Notes: generated from the sequence alone by a model not told the origin. Positions 1 to 16,100 are shown, counted from the stretch's first letter. The stretch is 64,000 nucleotides of DNA from the human T2T-CHM13v2.0 reference genome, Homo sapiens (GCF_009914755.1 NC_060938.1); one strand, 5' to 3'. A program made the numbers and translations.

Positions 1-639
1 TGTCACTTAAGGTTTTTTACTGGCCAATTTCTTCTCTTTTTTCTTTCTTTGTTCTAACTCTGGTTTTATTTTATTAGAGCCTCATTGCATGTAGTTTGTC
101 CATATCAGCATGTATAATCTGTAATTCTTTCAAATCTGCAAGTAGCTTTCTTTATATTATGAAATGGTTTAAACATAAAGTACAGAAAGTGACATAACGA
201 ACAGCCAGGTACCACATCCCAGCTTAAAAAATTAAACATTACATATAGAATTGATTCCCTCTATTCTACCTTTCCAGCTTCTCCCCTTTCTTTCTCTAAA
301 GATGAAACCCTTAACCTAAATTTGGTAGAGGTTATTCCTATGCCAGTCTTCATACCTTGTTACATATATGTATCCCTTAACTATATATAGTATTTTCCAT
401 ATATTTAAACTTTATGTATGATAGCACATTGAACATATTCTTGGGCAACTTGCTATCTTTGTTCAACATTATGTGAGGTTTATTCTGTAGATACGTGTAG
501 TTCTGATCCATTTATTTTAATTTCAGTAAACATAAAAGAGAAAAAAGAGAGATGATTAAAAAACATTATGTATTAATGCCCATTTGTGAACTTAGTATTT
601 CTATGTGGTATGCTTGGGTTTAATCTTAATTATTTTATT

Positions 640-830
640 CACTGTGTATTTATTGAGGACCCACTATCAGCCAGATAGTGTGCAAGGCACTAGAGACACA
701 ATGATGAGCAAAACAGACTAAGTCGTCTGCTCTCAAGAAGTTTACAGTCTGGTTGTAAAGTAAGGGTCAGACATGAGTCAAGTGCTCACACTCATTTATT
801 AATTACAAACTGTGATGATTGAGGTCTCCT
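640..830 (-). mobile_element. L2 3' fragment
   Basis: tatttattgaggacccactat...gtgcaaggcactagagacacaatgatgagcaaaacagac pattern; boundaries approximate. Confidence 0.55.
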
Positions 831-899
831 CCAGTTAGGGAAGCAGACCTAAGAGTCTGGGGAGACTGGAGCAGCTAGAATTTGCAGGACAGAGGACTG

Positions 900-3315
900 G
901 AGAGGAAGGAGCTGCAGGGAGATGTTCACAGGTTTACAGAAGGTTCCTCTCGAGTAGTCAGAAGAGTACTGATCAGCACACATATGTGAGGAAACCAACC
1001 AAGGCCAAGGAAAGAACCATAAGAAAGGTGGCAGGGTGCTCCCACAGGGCCAGGAATAGTGCCTCTTCCCACAAGCCAGACTGAAAAACCTCATAATTCA
1101 TAAAGCACTGGGCTTAGTGCTCAGAGTAGTCTTCCCTTAGGAGTGGAGAATAATTATCTCTAGAATGAGCCCTGCTCTGAACCCATTTAATAGACTTTAG
1201 GCAAGGATCAAACTGTTCCCTAGTAACTTAACTGCACCCCAGAACAGAAATAAAAAATATTAATAGGAATACTAAAATATCCAGCATCTAACAAGATACA
1301 ATTCACAACTTCTGGCTTCCAATTAAAAAATGTAAGGCATACAAAGGAGCAGGAAAATACAATCATAATAAGGATAAAAATAAATCAAGCAAAATGAACA
1401 CAGAACTGAGATGTTTGAATTAGCAGAAAAGAACATTAAAACAGGTGTTACAGCTGTATTGCATATGCTCAAAAGTTATGTAGAGACACGAAAGATTTTT
1501 TTTAAATCCAAATTGAGGTACTAGAAATGAAAACTGCAGTGCATAAGATAAAAAATACACTGAATGGGATTCACAACAGGTTAAACACTGCAGTAGAAAG
1601 AAAATAGTTAATTTGAAGATGTAGCAATAGAAATTATGCAAATGAAACACACACAAAAAAATTTAAGAAATGGACAAACCATCAGTGAGCTGTGGGACAA
1701 CTTCAAGTAACACAATCTACATTTTATTGGAGTCCCCAGAGAATAGGAGGTAGGAGGAGAAACAGGAAAAAAAAATTCAAAGAAATCATGGCTTAGAAAT
1801 TTCCAAATTTGATTAAAAAAACTATAAAGCCACATAACCAAGAAGCTCAATGAATCCCAAACACAAGAAACATGAAGAAAACTATACCAAGGCATATTAT
1901 AGTCAAATTTCTCAGCACCAATGATTAAGAGATCATCTTAAAAGAGGTTAAGAAAAAAGGACATATTACACACAGAGGAACGAAAATAAGAATGACAACA
2001 CATTCTTATCAATGCAAGCAAAGCAAGCAAGAAACAGTGCAAGCAAGAAGACAGTGGGGCAATGTCTTTAAATAACTGGGAGAAACTGTCAGTCGACGAT
2101 TCTATATACAATGAAAACATCTTTCAAAAACAAAGGTTTTCACTTTTTCAGACAGGGCAAGGATGCTCTTGCTCACCACTTCTATTTAATGTTGTATTTG
2201 GGGTTCTAGGCAGTGCAATAAGCCAAGAAAAAGAAACAAAATGCATCAAGATTGGGAAGGATGAAATAATCTAGATTGGAAAGAAAGCAGTAAAACCTTT
2301 TTTACTCACAGATAACATGATTGTCTAGTACAAAACCCAATGAAATCTACTCTAGCTACTAGAAGTGTTAAGTGAGTTTACTAAGGTTGCATACTGATAC
2401 AAGGTTTCTAAGGTTGCATATTGATACAACATCAATATACAAAAATCAATTGCATTTCCATACACTAGCAATGAACAATCAAAAGTTAAAAATTTCTAAA
2501 AACCACTTAAAATAGCATAAAAGTATTAAGTATTTGGGAATAAATCTGACAAATATGTACAAGACTCATACACTGAAAACTCCAAAACATTACTGAGATA
2601 AACTAAATAAGACGTAAATAAATGAAAAGTATCACGTTTATGAATTGGAAGGCTCAATATCCTTAAAATATCATTTCTCCCCAAATTGGCCTATAGAGTC
2701 AATGTAGTCCAATAAAGAACCCAACTGCCTTTTTTGGTGGAAATTGAAAAGCTGATTCTAAAATCCATATGGAAATGCAAATGACTAGAATATCCAAAAC
2801 AACTTTATAAATGAAGAACAAAATTGGCAGACTAACACTACCTGATTCCAAGACATACATAAAGCTACAGTAATTAATACAGTGTTGTGTTGGTGTAAAG
2901 ACAGACAAATAGATTAATGGAACATAGTAGAGTCTAGAAAGAGACTGACATATATATATATATACACACACACACATATATACACATATGTATATACACA
3001 CATATATATTTATATATACATGTATATATATAAATCATGTGATATATAAATATAAACTGATTTTCTGATTTTGCCAAAGGTGTAAAGGCAACAGAGAGAA
3101 GAAAGAATTGCCTTTTCAGTAAATGTTGGGAACAACTGGCTAAGTATATGTAAAAAAAAGAAAAGAAAAACTTCAATCCACACTTTATACTATGTACAAA
3201 TATCAACTCAAAATGGATCATAGGCCTAAATGTAGAACCTAATACTATATAATTCTAGGGGAAAAAATGTAAGAAAAAAATCTCTGATCTTGGGATAGAC
3301 AAAGATTTCTTAGAT
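900..3315 (+). mobile_element. Old L1M element (ORF1-like and ORF2 RT fragments, internally deleted)
   Basis: ORF1-like agtgagctgtgggacaacttcaag; RT motif [15 protein letters not shown] (ORF 2062..2274); downstream ORF2-like A-rich sequence. Confidence 0.85.
2949..3055. repeat. (TA)n/(CA)n compound microsatellite
   Basis: catatatatatatatacacacacacacatatata... Confidence 0.9.
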
Positions 3316-5022
3316 ACATGTCCCATGTGCCTACCATAAGCATCTCTTCTGAGAAGCCCTTTCATGCTTGAACAGTTTGCTTTTTTCTTTTCATTCTTCC
3401 TTAGTGCTTTATACATGATAATCATTAAATTATATTGTAAGTGTGTTTATATTTCTCTATTCCACTGAGTATCCCTGGAGTAGAAAACATGTTTTAATCC
3501 TTTTAATATTCTCCAAGTCCAATAAATGTTAATTACATGATATCTTCAACACCAAAATTAATCAGAGAGCCTCCCAGAATATTTCCCCCATGTCTCACTG
3601 GCCATAGGGTTGCCCCTACGCAAATCATTAGTAAAGATTAATGGGATTACTATTATTTCCTTGGACGAATTATGTTTTCCTCTTTGGCGATGGGCTTATT
3701 TTCTCTAAGGAGCTTTGGCTATTGGGTAGTCTGGATGCAGAGCCTGCCACGGGGAACCTAACGGAAGTGTGATGGGAAAGCTGGTGACACTAACCAGGCT
3801 GCTTAATTTTCCACTGTGAAGGTATAATTGACAAACAATCTTACCTTATGTTTAGATTTTGGAGGAATAAACTGTCAGATATCACTTTATTTGAAAATAA
3901 AAAGAATAACAGCCATACTGCAGTAGGAAGAGTGAAATCATTCATCTTAAACAGCAAGCCTTTGCACTGAGCTTTTTATAGCTTTTTAGATAATGTCTCT
4001 ATAGAAAGAAACTCGGTAAGCTTTACTGCTGAATCATTTATATCAACTCACACAATTTTGAATATTCATTAATTTTCACAATAGCCACCAGTTTAGAACT
4101 TATGTTATACAAACATCTTCACAAAACTAACTCAAGCACAGATATCTTTATTGTAAATGTCAGAAACAAAAAAAAATCTAATTGGTGCTGTGGGTATTGA
4201 GAGTTTGTATTTTCTCTGTGGATGTAGGAGCTTACAGAAAATAGAGTGCAAGAAAAAAATGTGTAAATGTTGTTTCTAGCCTAACAAATCTGGCCAGCGA
4301 GCATTTCACTTCAAAAAAATTAGCTTCTTTTTTTAAAATTCATATTTTTGATATTTTGTACTTTTTTTTTTTTTTTTTTTTTTTGTATTGCTACAGAGGA
4401 TCTCTTATTTTTATCCCATGCTCTGAATCTCAGGCTCTACCTCAACCACATCAGGATATGGAAGCACTAGAAGCAACTGCTCAGGCAGAGTACACGAAGG
4501 GATAGTTCTCAGGTCTGGGGACAAGCCAACTGGGGGAAAAGGGGGAATCTGGAGCTTCATTTTCATCCCCTCATCCCAACCCTTCAATGATTTATGCCTT
4601 TAGAGGCCTGAGAAACTTTGTGGGTAATCTGCTTCAGTTGCTCTTCCCCTAATCCATTGTCAGAGGAAAATCTCCCAGCTCCAAGACCAAACTACCTAGC
4701 TACCAAGTTCCCCTTAGATGAATCTAGAAACTTCCAGAAGGGTCAAAATTGCCATCAAATCTACCCTGGCTGGTCTGTGAGGTTTGATTAGCCCTCCTTC
4801 TTTTGACTGAGAAGAGACAGTAACCAAAATGGCTAACCTTACAACAGGCTCTCTATGCAGCCCCATTTCTTAGGAACCTGTGCCCTTGGGTCTAAAGAGT
4901 AAGCAGTAGATGGGGTTCAAAGCTTCAGTTGTCACTGTGAGTTGAAAGAAGGCATAATCTCAAGAAGGGACATCATCTGAGATTTTCCAGTCTAGTGGCC
5001 ATGAAGTCCAGGATAGCACCAA

Positions 5023-5094
5023 CTGGAGCTGGAGATCGAAGGGCAAAAATGATGCTTCTGGAGCTGGAGATTGATGGGCAAAAATGATGCTTCT
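5023..5094. repeat. 35-bp tandem duplication
   Basis: ctggagctggagatcgaagggcaaaaatgatgctt / ctggagctggagattgatgggcaaaaatgatgctt. Confidence 0.9.
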
Positions 5095-5999
5095 AAGGAC
5101 CATTCCCCTTTATGGACCCCAGGTCCATGAGATACCTGGGGTTTCAGGACTCCAAGATCCTCAATCCAGAGCAGCAGAGCTTGAGGCCATAGCTCCTCAG
5201 TTATCAGTTCTGTTCACCAATTATCCAGGATTGGACAATGGTAGATGGACCATATCATATTCTCCAAGGGCTTAAAGAGCATCTTGTGACTGTATTGTCC
5301 CCCAAAGCTCTGGGGCTTGAGGATATAGTGCTATAGGATCCTTGGTGCAGGAGGGAAGATGGGCTGGATTATAAATCTGGAAGGCCCTTGACAATGATAT
5401 CAGGGCAAGTGTAGTTTATTGTAGCTGTAATCTACAGTGTAGATGTAACAAGATGCTAACTTCCTGTGGTATTCAGAGGCTCATAAAAATAATTTGCAAT
5501 ATTTGCATAATCCAGATGTTAAGATGAAATAACTCTGTTATTTCAGAAAAAAATAAAATTGTATTTTGACATTCCGTGGAAAAGCCACTGTCCACATCCT
5601 GCCCCCATTTCTGCAAATTTCTAGTATCTTAGGCTCATAGACACAGGCTCTGAGCTCCTGCTTTTAATTTGCTCTTGGCCCCAATCACAACTCTCTTGCT
5701 GAGACTGGTTCTTCCATTTTTCTGTTTTAATGCCTTTCCAGATGCATAACTCAGTCACCACTGCTGCCAGCTAAATGCAAATGCTTCTTGTAGTCTTCTT
5801 GTCTCCTTATCTTATGGGAAGCTGAGAGAGAAAACCAGATCAATCCTGAAGGGAATTCTGAGGGTTTTCCACCAGCTCTAGGGAAATATATTGAGGTAGA
5901 GATTTGCCTTTACTCCTTTAATCTTTGTTTATTCACCCTCATTCCTCATAGGATTTTCGATGAGTATGGGTGTGGCTTTCCTTGGTGGCAATAGGAAGG

Positions 6000-6359
6000 T
6001 ATATTAGTCCATTTTCACGCTGCTGATAAAGACATACCCAAGACTGGGTATTTATAAAGAATAAGAGGCTTAATGGACTCACAGTTCCACGCGGCTTGGG
6101 AGGCCTCACAATCATGGTGGAAGGTGAAAGGAACATCTTAAATGGCAGCAGACAAGACAGAATGAGAGCCAAAAAAAAGGGGTTTCCCCTTATAAAACCA
6201 TCAGATCTCGTGGGACTTACTCATTACCACAAGAACAGTATGGGGGAAACTGACTCCATGATTCAATTATCTCCCACCAGGTCCTCCCATAATATGTGGG
6301 AATTATGAGATCTACAATTCAATATGAGATTTGGGTGGGGACACAGCAAAGCCATATTA
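6000..6359 (-). mobile_element. THE1 (MaLR) solo LTR
   Basis: tattagtccattttcacgctgctgataaagacatacccaagactggg ... gagatttgggtggggacacag; imperfect 5-bp TSD gaagg/ggagg. Confidence 0.9.
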
Positions 6360-7439
6360 GGAGGACAGCAGGACTTGGCATTCACAAATCATTTTAGGCC
6401 AACAGTTTTTGCTTTCTTTTCTTGTTCACTAACTCATGGAAATTTTTAAGTAGCCTACAAGAGCAGAAAAACCCAGTCAGTAAGTGTATGTCTGAACCTT
6501 TCTGCCGTATACATAGACCAGCAATTTTTGAAACAAACATTCGTACTTTTGTTTACTGCTTCTAGGGTGGGAGCTTCATTTCTGGTAGTACTAGTTAAGG
6601 GTAGGGAATAGGTGGTATGAAGACTCTTGGGATATAAGTAAAGGAATTCCAAGAGCACAGAAAAGCTAAGGACAGGGTGATAAAGCAACCAATGAACACT
6701 TTGAAACATTATCCCACTACACAGAGCTACAAGAAATAGGTGGTTTGAGGGGTTTGTTTTTGTTTTGTTTTAAGCTAAAAGAGAAAATTTTGATAATCTC
6801 TGTGCTAATACATTTACAAATCTTCATGAAATGGATAATTTTACAGAAATACAAATTTAGAAACTGAACTCAGAAGAGGAAGAGTATACTGGGTGTATTG
6901 GGAAAAGGGTCAAAGTTCTATCTCCAGAAAGGCATAAGACACATGTAATCGTGCAAAATATGAGTCAAGAAGAGCAATGGAACAGAATACAAAGCCCAGA
7001 AGAGTGTATATGTCTGTGTGTGTGTATATATATGTGACATCTAAAAGGATGAATTAAAAAATCATGTGGTACAGTTGGTTAATTATTAGAAAACAAAGTT
7101 AGAGTTTTATCTTACAATATACAGTGGAATACATTTCTTCGAGGTTAAATATTCAAATAAAGAAACAAAATCATGTTCTGGCTCCCATTAATGGTAGAAT
7201 AGCTTATACCAAGCTCACCTTCCTGCTAATTATAACTATAAACTTTAGATACAATTTAAAACAACTGTTTGAAGACATTGGAGAGAGACCAAAACTAAGC
7301 AGAAACTAATGAAAATTCAAACCTTGAAAGAAGTGTCTCATGCTAAGTGAGGTCCACATTTTTGTGTGTGTTGCCTTTGAAAAATACTCTCAAGTTCAGT
7401 GGTGCACAAGGGATAGATCTTGAGCAAAAAGCAACATTA

Positions 7440-7790
7440 AAAAAAAACTTTTATTTTAGGTTCAGAAGTACATGTGCAACTTTGTGACATAGGTAAACTT
7501 GTGTCTCGGGCATTTGTTGCACAAATTATTTCATCAACCACATATTAAGCCCTGTACACAATAGTTATTTTTTCTGCTCCTCTCCTTCCTCCCACACTCC
7601 ACCCACAAGTAGACCCCAATATCTGTTGTTTCTTTCTTTGTGTTCATGGGTTCTCATCATTTAGCTCCCACTTATAAGTGAGAACATGAGGCATTTGGTT
7701 TTCTGTTCCTGCATTAGTTTGCTAAGGATAATAGCCTCCAGCTCCATTCTGTTTCTGCAAAAGACATGATCTCATTCTTTTGTATGGCTG
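7440..7790 (-). mobile_element. 5'-truncated older L1PA 3' end inserted in L1M
   Basis: L1 3'UTR antisense (cccacttataagtgagaacatg); TSD aaagcaacatt on both sides. Confidence 0.85.
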
Positions 7791-8591
7791 AAAGCAACAT
7801 TTTTACTGGGCTAAGAAGCCAGAGGTTGGATTTCATGGGCTGCCAGCGTAGCTGGAAATTGAAGAGGAAAGTTGTGGAAAGTAGGAAGCTACAGAGAGGA
7901 AGCTTCTGTATCAAAACTTCCCTCAAATCCTTGGCTATTTCTAGAACTGAGCATGAGGAGACCAAGAATGTAATGAACTCAACAGATGGCAACATCTAGG
8001 GGTGGTGGCAGAAATTTCAAGTTATCTAATGCTCAGGAGAGGGGTTTTCCATTGGACTCCCAAAAGGGACATGCACTGTTGGGGTTTTAAATTTATGTAC
8101 AGCTAAAATATAACATGGCAACTGCACAAAGGATAGGACTATGAGTTCAATAAAATTATGCAGTTGAAGTGTTTTTATATTACATACCTGTGGAGTGTTA
8201 TAATATTAAACCAAGTTAGACAATAGTAAGCAAACACTGCATGTGGTAATCTCTATAGCAACCACTAAAGACATAATACAAAGGAAAAAGGTTTGGCTAA
8301 AAAGCCAATAGAATAGATAGAATCAAATAGTTAAAAAAACTTGATATAGGAATGGTAACTTTACTTATAAATATTCTTAAACAAACATTAATAATGTAAG
8401 AAATAAACATAAAGATTATAATTTTTCTTAAAAGATAGCTTTATTTCATGCCACTTTAGATCAAAGAAACATTTTATTTACAAAAAAGTTGTCATTTTAA
8501 TGAGGCTTGAAGACTATGGTCATATGCTTTTTGTCAAAACATCAAAAATAACATCACTCTAAAATATGATTTATCTATAACACAAGTTTGT

Positions 8592-9591
<1,000 letters not shown>

Positions 9592-10345
9592 CTCAAAAGC
9601 AATAAAATTGCTTTTGAAATTACTGGTTTAACTTGCCTATCTAAAAGTAAGGTATTAAAAATGAAGTTAATTTTTCATTTTGTAGTGTGTGTAGCTGTTT
9701 CACCATTTTTTGGTGAGAAAATAATTAGATGTTTTGGCAAGAATGAGGTGTCTTACCATTTGAGGGTGTCTACAACTTTGTTTATTGTTTAGTGTATATT
9801 ACTACAAAAGGAGTAATACATTTCCCTGGTCTAGTTCTTTAGAAAAATACCAAAAATGCTATATAGTTATATTCATTAATATTTTTCATAAATGAGTTTT
9901 AAAATTTCTCATTACATGGAAAAATGTGATATAATTTATTGATAAAGTAATTTTTGGTTAAAAAAAATACTCGACTGACCCAAGAGGAGACAGGAACAGA
10001 GGAAAGAACAGAGATGACAAATAAAAATCAAATAGCAAGAAAGTAGACTTGAAACAAATTATGTTTACATTACATTAAGTGTACATGAATTACACACTTC
10101 ATTTAAAAAACAGAAATGGTCAGATGGATAAAAAAGCAAGACCCAACTATACACTGTTTATGAAAGACAGTATAAAGGTACAGATAGGTTGAAAGCAAAA
10201 GATGTATCTTGGAAATGCTAAGCATAGAAAAGCTGACACAGCAATGTTATTATCAGGCAAAATGAATATGTGACCCACAGACAATAAGAAGAAAGTTCAA
10301 GATAGCCCAAATAATAGAGTTAGCAATCAGCAATTTTAAGGTATG

Positions 10346-10680
10346 TGTATTAGTTACATATTGCTGCATAACAAATCACCCCAAATTTCGGGGCCTAAGA
10401 AACAATAAACATGTATTATCAGGAATTTGGGAGAGGCTTACCTGAGTAGTTCTGGTTTACAGTCTATCATGAGGTTGCAGTTAGGATGTTGACTTGATCA
10501 GGGCTGCAGAATCCGCTTCCAAGAGGCTGAAAAGTTGATGCTGTTGTGAGCAGGAAGCCTCAGTTCCTTGCCACTTGAACTTCTACACAGCATAGCTTAG
10601 GAGCCCTCATGGCATGGCATCTGACTTCTCCAAAAGCAAGTTATCCAAGGGAGAGCAAGGCAGAAGGCTCAGAGCCTGGA
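10346..10680 (-). mobile_element. MLT1 (MaLR) LTR fragment
   Basis: tgtattagttacatattgctgcataacaaatcaccccaaa terminus. Confidence 0.7.
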
Positions 10681-12267
10681 CTAGTGTGAAGGCTGAACCT
10701 AAAATTGCTTTGTATGATAAAGTGTTGGGAATTTTGAGTTTTGCCCTGAAGAGGAAGAAAGATAAGGAATGGAGCCTGGGACCTTAAGAAGAGTGATCTC
10801 TCACATGCCTTTTTGACTTGTTGCCTGATCTGATCTGAGCAGTATTCTCTTTGTATTATCTCAATCTTCATGAAAATCTCTTACACGTAAAGATTTTGTG
10901 TTATTGTTCATTTGGGGGAATGCAACAGGCAGTCAATGCAACCTGTTTTATCAGCAAGGTCTTTATGACCTGTATCTTGTGTTGACCTCCTATCTCATCC
11001 TGTGACTTAGAATGCCTTAACTGTCTGGGAATGCAGCCCAGTTGGTCTTAGCCTTATTTTGCCCAGCTCCTGTTCAAGATGGGGTTTCTCTGGTTCACAT
11101 GCCTCTGACAGTTCCCCCCTCCCTTCTATAAAAGAACCCTTAATCCTAAGGGTTGCAGAGGGACGAAGATCAATCTTTTGTAACTTCTTCAGGATGAATA
11201 GGGGCAATGATATTCCTATCTAATTATTAGGGTCTCTTACATTCAGGGTAGAGAGGAACTCAGTCAGAAAGTGTTGGTATGGCGAAGGTCGTTCATAACT
11301 GAGTTTTGACAAAAGGTGCTATATGAAAGATTAATAAATGTTCAGATTAAGAAAACATTCAGTAAGCTTATCCTGCATTCCTACACAAAGAGTACAACAG
11401 CAATATCTTCCACAAGAGTAAAACAAAATAAGAAAAAATATGCCAAATAAACTAAATTGTGAGGCTTTCCATGAACTGGGAAACTGTTGGAACCAAGCTG
11501 ATAGCTGGCTCCAGTGTGCCCAAAATTAGACTACCGATCCAGATTTTTATATTATCCATCCCTCTTGTTTCTTCTAAGCAGCAGTCAGAGAGCCCTGCTT
11601 GGTTCACAGGAACAAGCAGTCTTTCAAAATTGCAGAAACAAACTTAAAAAAACTGATGAGACTAGAATTTAATAACAAGGGTACCATAGTTCTTGAAACA
11701 AAATATTTCTCTCGCCAGTTTCTCATTTCTACTAAAGACAAATCATGGTAAGACTGATTTGCTTTATTATATTTGGCCTGATTATTTGTATAAAGTGCAG
11801 CAAGGATAATTTTTCACATAATCTCTTCTTAAATTGACTCTGATGGAACTTGGTTGTATAGAAGGAATCTCAAATAAGGCTTTTTTAGAGCCGAACCCTG
11901 TCATGGGTTTGTACCCTCAAATACCTAGGAGTTGAGTAAATTTCTCTCCTTTTGAGGTCCCAAGATAACTTGGGGCTCCTGGACATGTGAGAAAGTGACA
12001 TTCTTTACTTACCACAGGTCAGAAACCCTGTACAGGGACTGTGTAGGCAAGGTATGAGGCCAGTTCCCCCAGGGGCTTTTACTGGCTCTGTAAGTCTAAT
12101 TGCTTAAAGGAAAGCACACCATTCCAGTTAAAGCCTTGGTAAAATAACCAATTTTTCCAATTGTGTCCTGTTACAAAAGAAAACAGATTCTTATTGAATT
12201 TATGCCATACTATATCACCATAAATTATGGCAACTCTATTGCCATAAATTAAGAATACTCAGAAATA

Positions 12268-12475
12268 GGATGTGAGGGTGATCTTGCTGCAACATCTGTC
12301 ACCCCATTGATTGTCAGGGTTGATTCAGCTGATCTGGCTATCACTCCTTGTGTGTTCCTCCCACAGCTGTGTGCTCAGTTGAAGAGGATGACCATCCCCA
12401 GTAGAGGAGGACAGGTCTTCGGTCAAGGGTATATGAGTAGCCGCTCTCCCCTGCTAGAACCTCCAAACAAGCTCT
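12268..12475 (+). pseudogene. RN7SKP: 7SK snRNA retropseudogene, 3'-truncated with an internal deletion
   Basis: GGATGTGAGGGTGATCTTGCTGCAACATCTGTCACCCCATTGAT ... GGTCTTCGGTCAAGGGTATA ... CTAGAACCTCCAAACAAGCTCT matches 7SK from nt 1. TSD aagaatactcagaaata (12251-12267) / acgaatactcaaaaata (12477-12493). Confidence 0.95.
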
Positions 12476-12706
12476 GACGAATACTCAAAAATATTTTCCA
12501 AATTCTGGAGAAATCAGCTACAGTGAAACAAATATGCTCCAAATTTTGTTAATAGGAGTATACTTTACTCAATTGCTAAAAGCTGTAAATAGCTCAAAAA
12601 GAAAAGTTTCCTTGAGTCTGAAAAACAAAACAAAGAATCAGCCACATTTTAAGCAAAAGTTAAAAAGATTACTTCAATTTTTTATTGACTCAGTTAATTT
12701 AGTTAA

Positions 12707-13143
<437 letters not shown>

Positions 13144-16100
13144 TAGAGTTCTATAGTTGATTATAACCCACTTTCTAAAGAGGATTAAAACAGACAACAA
13201 TTGTTTGTGGATGACAAGAAGTCTTAGAACAGCCACTATTAAAGCCACAATTGATAAGGAAATTTCGTTACTTCTGTGGCATACAAAATTTTACAGAACA
13301 ATTACAATTATTACTGATGATGTACACTAAGTCCTGTCAGAATTATAGGAGTTTCTCATGATTTTGGAATACATACCAATAACATATTTATATAAAAACA
13401 GCCTAAAGAAAACCAAACACCAAACATTTCATATTTGACAATGCTTCCTGTATGATTTTTATATGAAATAAGCCAAATTTCACTTCTACATTAGTGTACT
13501 ATTAATGTTAAACCCAATTCTTAATAAAACCTTATAGACATATCTACCCAATTTTAATGTTTGACCATAAGGTAAGATTCTCATAAACCTTTTATAACCG
13601 TTCACAATTTTTTTGTTAAAGAGCAGATTAGTTAGTGCTCTAAGAAAAATCTGTTGTGCTTTTATTCCAGTGTTCGGTTTACAGAAAAAACTGAATAATA
13701 CCCCTTTAATTTTAGCCAATATGTTCACACACAGAATTTATTTTACCAGATTAATTGTTCACAAACCTTCCACAAATTGTTTAAATCTTCACCTTTATTC
13801 TATCTAACTTAAAACAATTCTTTAACTCTCTAAACTTAGGCAAGAATCCACATTCCCATGAGTTTTTATAATCTTTCACCAATAGTACATTCTACTTTCC
13901 TTACATGCCTTGCATGTAGAACTATTTTTTCAGTAGTCTCAATTACATGTTACAGTGCTAACTCTTAGCGACTTTTACTTTTGGTGAAAACCTTGGTAAG
14001 TAAGTAATTTATATTATGTACCAGGTGTGGAGCCTGGCCTAGGACACACCTGGCAGAAGTGCAGATAAAGGCTGACTCTCCAGCGTAGCTAGGAGGCGTG
14101 GCTAACTCCACATGTTCCCAGGCCTTATCCAGAATCTAATGTCTACAAGGTAGGAAAATTGAACAATTTTCAAAAGTCAAAGAAGCAGTTTATGAACTTA
14201 AAGCATTTAGCAAACTTAATATCTGACCTGCATAATTTAGACCAAATGTTTACATTTTTAAAGATATTTTTATTTTACCAATGATCTTTAAAACTATCTT
14301 ATTTCCCAAAGTTTACTTAAGTCACACGAACTAAAAGGCATTACACTTTTACTTTTCTGACAAAATATTTGATTTAGGCTCTTATTATTATTAAACCAAT
14401 TAATTAAAGCTTTTTAATATATAAACATTACACACATAATACATATAAATACCTAGACAGACAGAAGATTCCCTAAGCCGGGAATTAAACCTTGAACCCC
14501 TGGCTACAGTTTAAGACTAGCCTCACAAATTCTTTTTCCCATTAATCAAAACTTTACAGGAGATAAACGGTGATTTTTTACCATTCATTCAACCAGTTTG
14601 CACAGGAAGAGAAAGAGGAAAGCATTGCCTGGGCAGGGTGGGGAAGGCGAGGCACTCAGAGAGGCCAGAGAAAGACCCATCCATTGCAGCAACACTGAAA
14701 AGTTCAGGCAGCAGCCTGTCAGTAGCAAAGGGATATTTTTTAGCAGTCTCATTGGCTCTTAAGTTTCCTCTTTTATGGAGGAAAAAGCTCCCCATGTCCC
14801 ACGATCCTGTACATGTCTAATCCTGTCACCCACAGCCATCAGCAAAGAGTGCAAGGCAGATTGATCCAAAGAGAATAGTGGCTAACATCCCACAGTGCTG
14901 AACCCATTCTTAGCCAAAAGGGACTTTACCGAGAGGGGCCTCTAACCCCCTAAATCTTAGGAACGGACTCTAACCCTACTAAGTTGGGCCTCTAACCCAA
15001 GGTCAGTCAAGCGTCCTTGCCTTTTATTAAGAGGGGCATCTAACCCACTCTGTCTTAGGTGAGACTCTATCTGCCCTATGTTGGGCCTCTAACCCAATCC
15101 CATTCTTTACATGGGTACCCCATCACTTACCCAAAGTCATCCAATCAGTGCTGTAGTCTATTTCCTTTGGGTTGGGGGGGATCTCCTCAGTATCATCCCA
15201 TCCATGGTTCACCAGAAAAATGTTATGAAATCCCATCACATATCCAAAGTTAGCCTTTGGGTTGAGGGTTTCCACACTATAATCCCTTTGTGATCACCAA
15301 AAAGATGTTACAGGATAGAGGTCCCAATCCAGATCCCAAGAGGGGGTTATAGGATATCACAAAAGAAAGAATTCAGGGCGCGTCTGTAGAATAAACTGAA
15401 AGCAAGTTTATTAGGAAAGTAAAGAAATAAAAGAATGGATACTCCATAGACAGAACAGCCCATTTTTATGGTTATTTCTTGATTATATGCTAAACAAGGG
15501 ATGGATTATTTATGCCTCCCCTTTTTAGACCATATAAGCGTTAACTTCCTGATGTTGCCATGGCATTTGTAAACTGTGATGGTGCTGGTGGGAGTATAGC
15601 AGTGAGGATGACCAGAGGTCACTCTCGTCACCATCTTGGTTTTGGTGGGTTTTGGCCGGCTCTTTACTGCAATCTGTTTCATCAGCAAGGTCTTTATGAC
15701 CTGTATCTTGTGCTGACCTCCTATCTCATCCTGTGACTTAGAATGACTTAACCATCTGGGAATGCAGCCCAATAGGTCTTAGCCTTATTTTACCCGGCTC
15801 CTATTCAAGATGGAGTTGCTCTGGTTCACACGCCCCTGACAGATGTGTTGATATATTATTATTTCTGGTATTATAATACTATCTACATCCTGTAATGTGG
15901 CTAAACATCTGCAACATTCACATCATGCATGCTCAGCTATTCTTCATTACTGATGGTTGAGAGTTATCCCAGATAGTAGAAATCTGGGCATACATAGTAA
16001 AAGACCCATCTAGATTTGAATCCTGTGCATAATGTATTTAATTTCTGCTGTTATCTGCCATTCTTATGTTGGCTTTCTTCTTATCAATGTATTACTCTCT

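Noticed and set aside
2381-2429. 27-bp tandem duplication
   Set aside because: Ordinary slippage within a dead L1.
14930-15100. Repeated ggcctctaaccc-like units resembling a spaced-repeat array
   Set aside because: Lies inside the MER41 leader region with degenerate, irregular units; eukaryotic context, not CRISPR.
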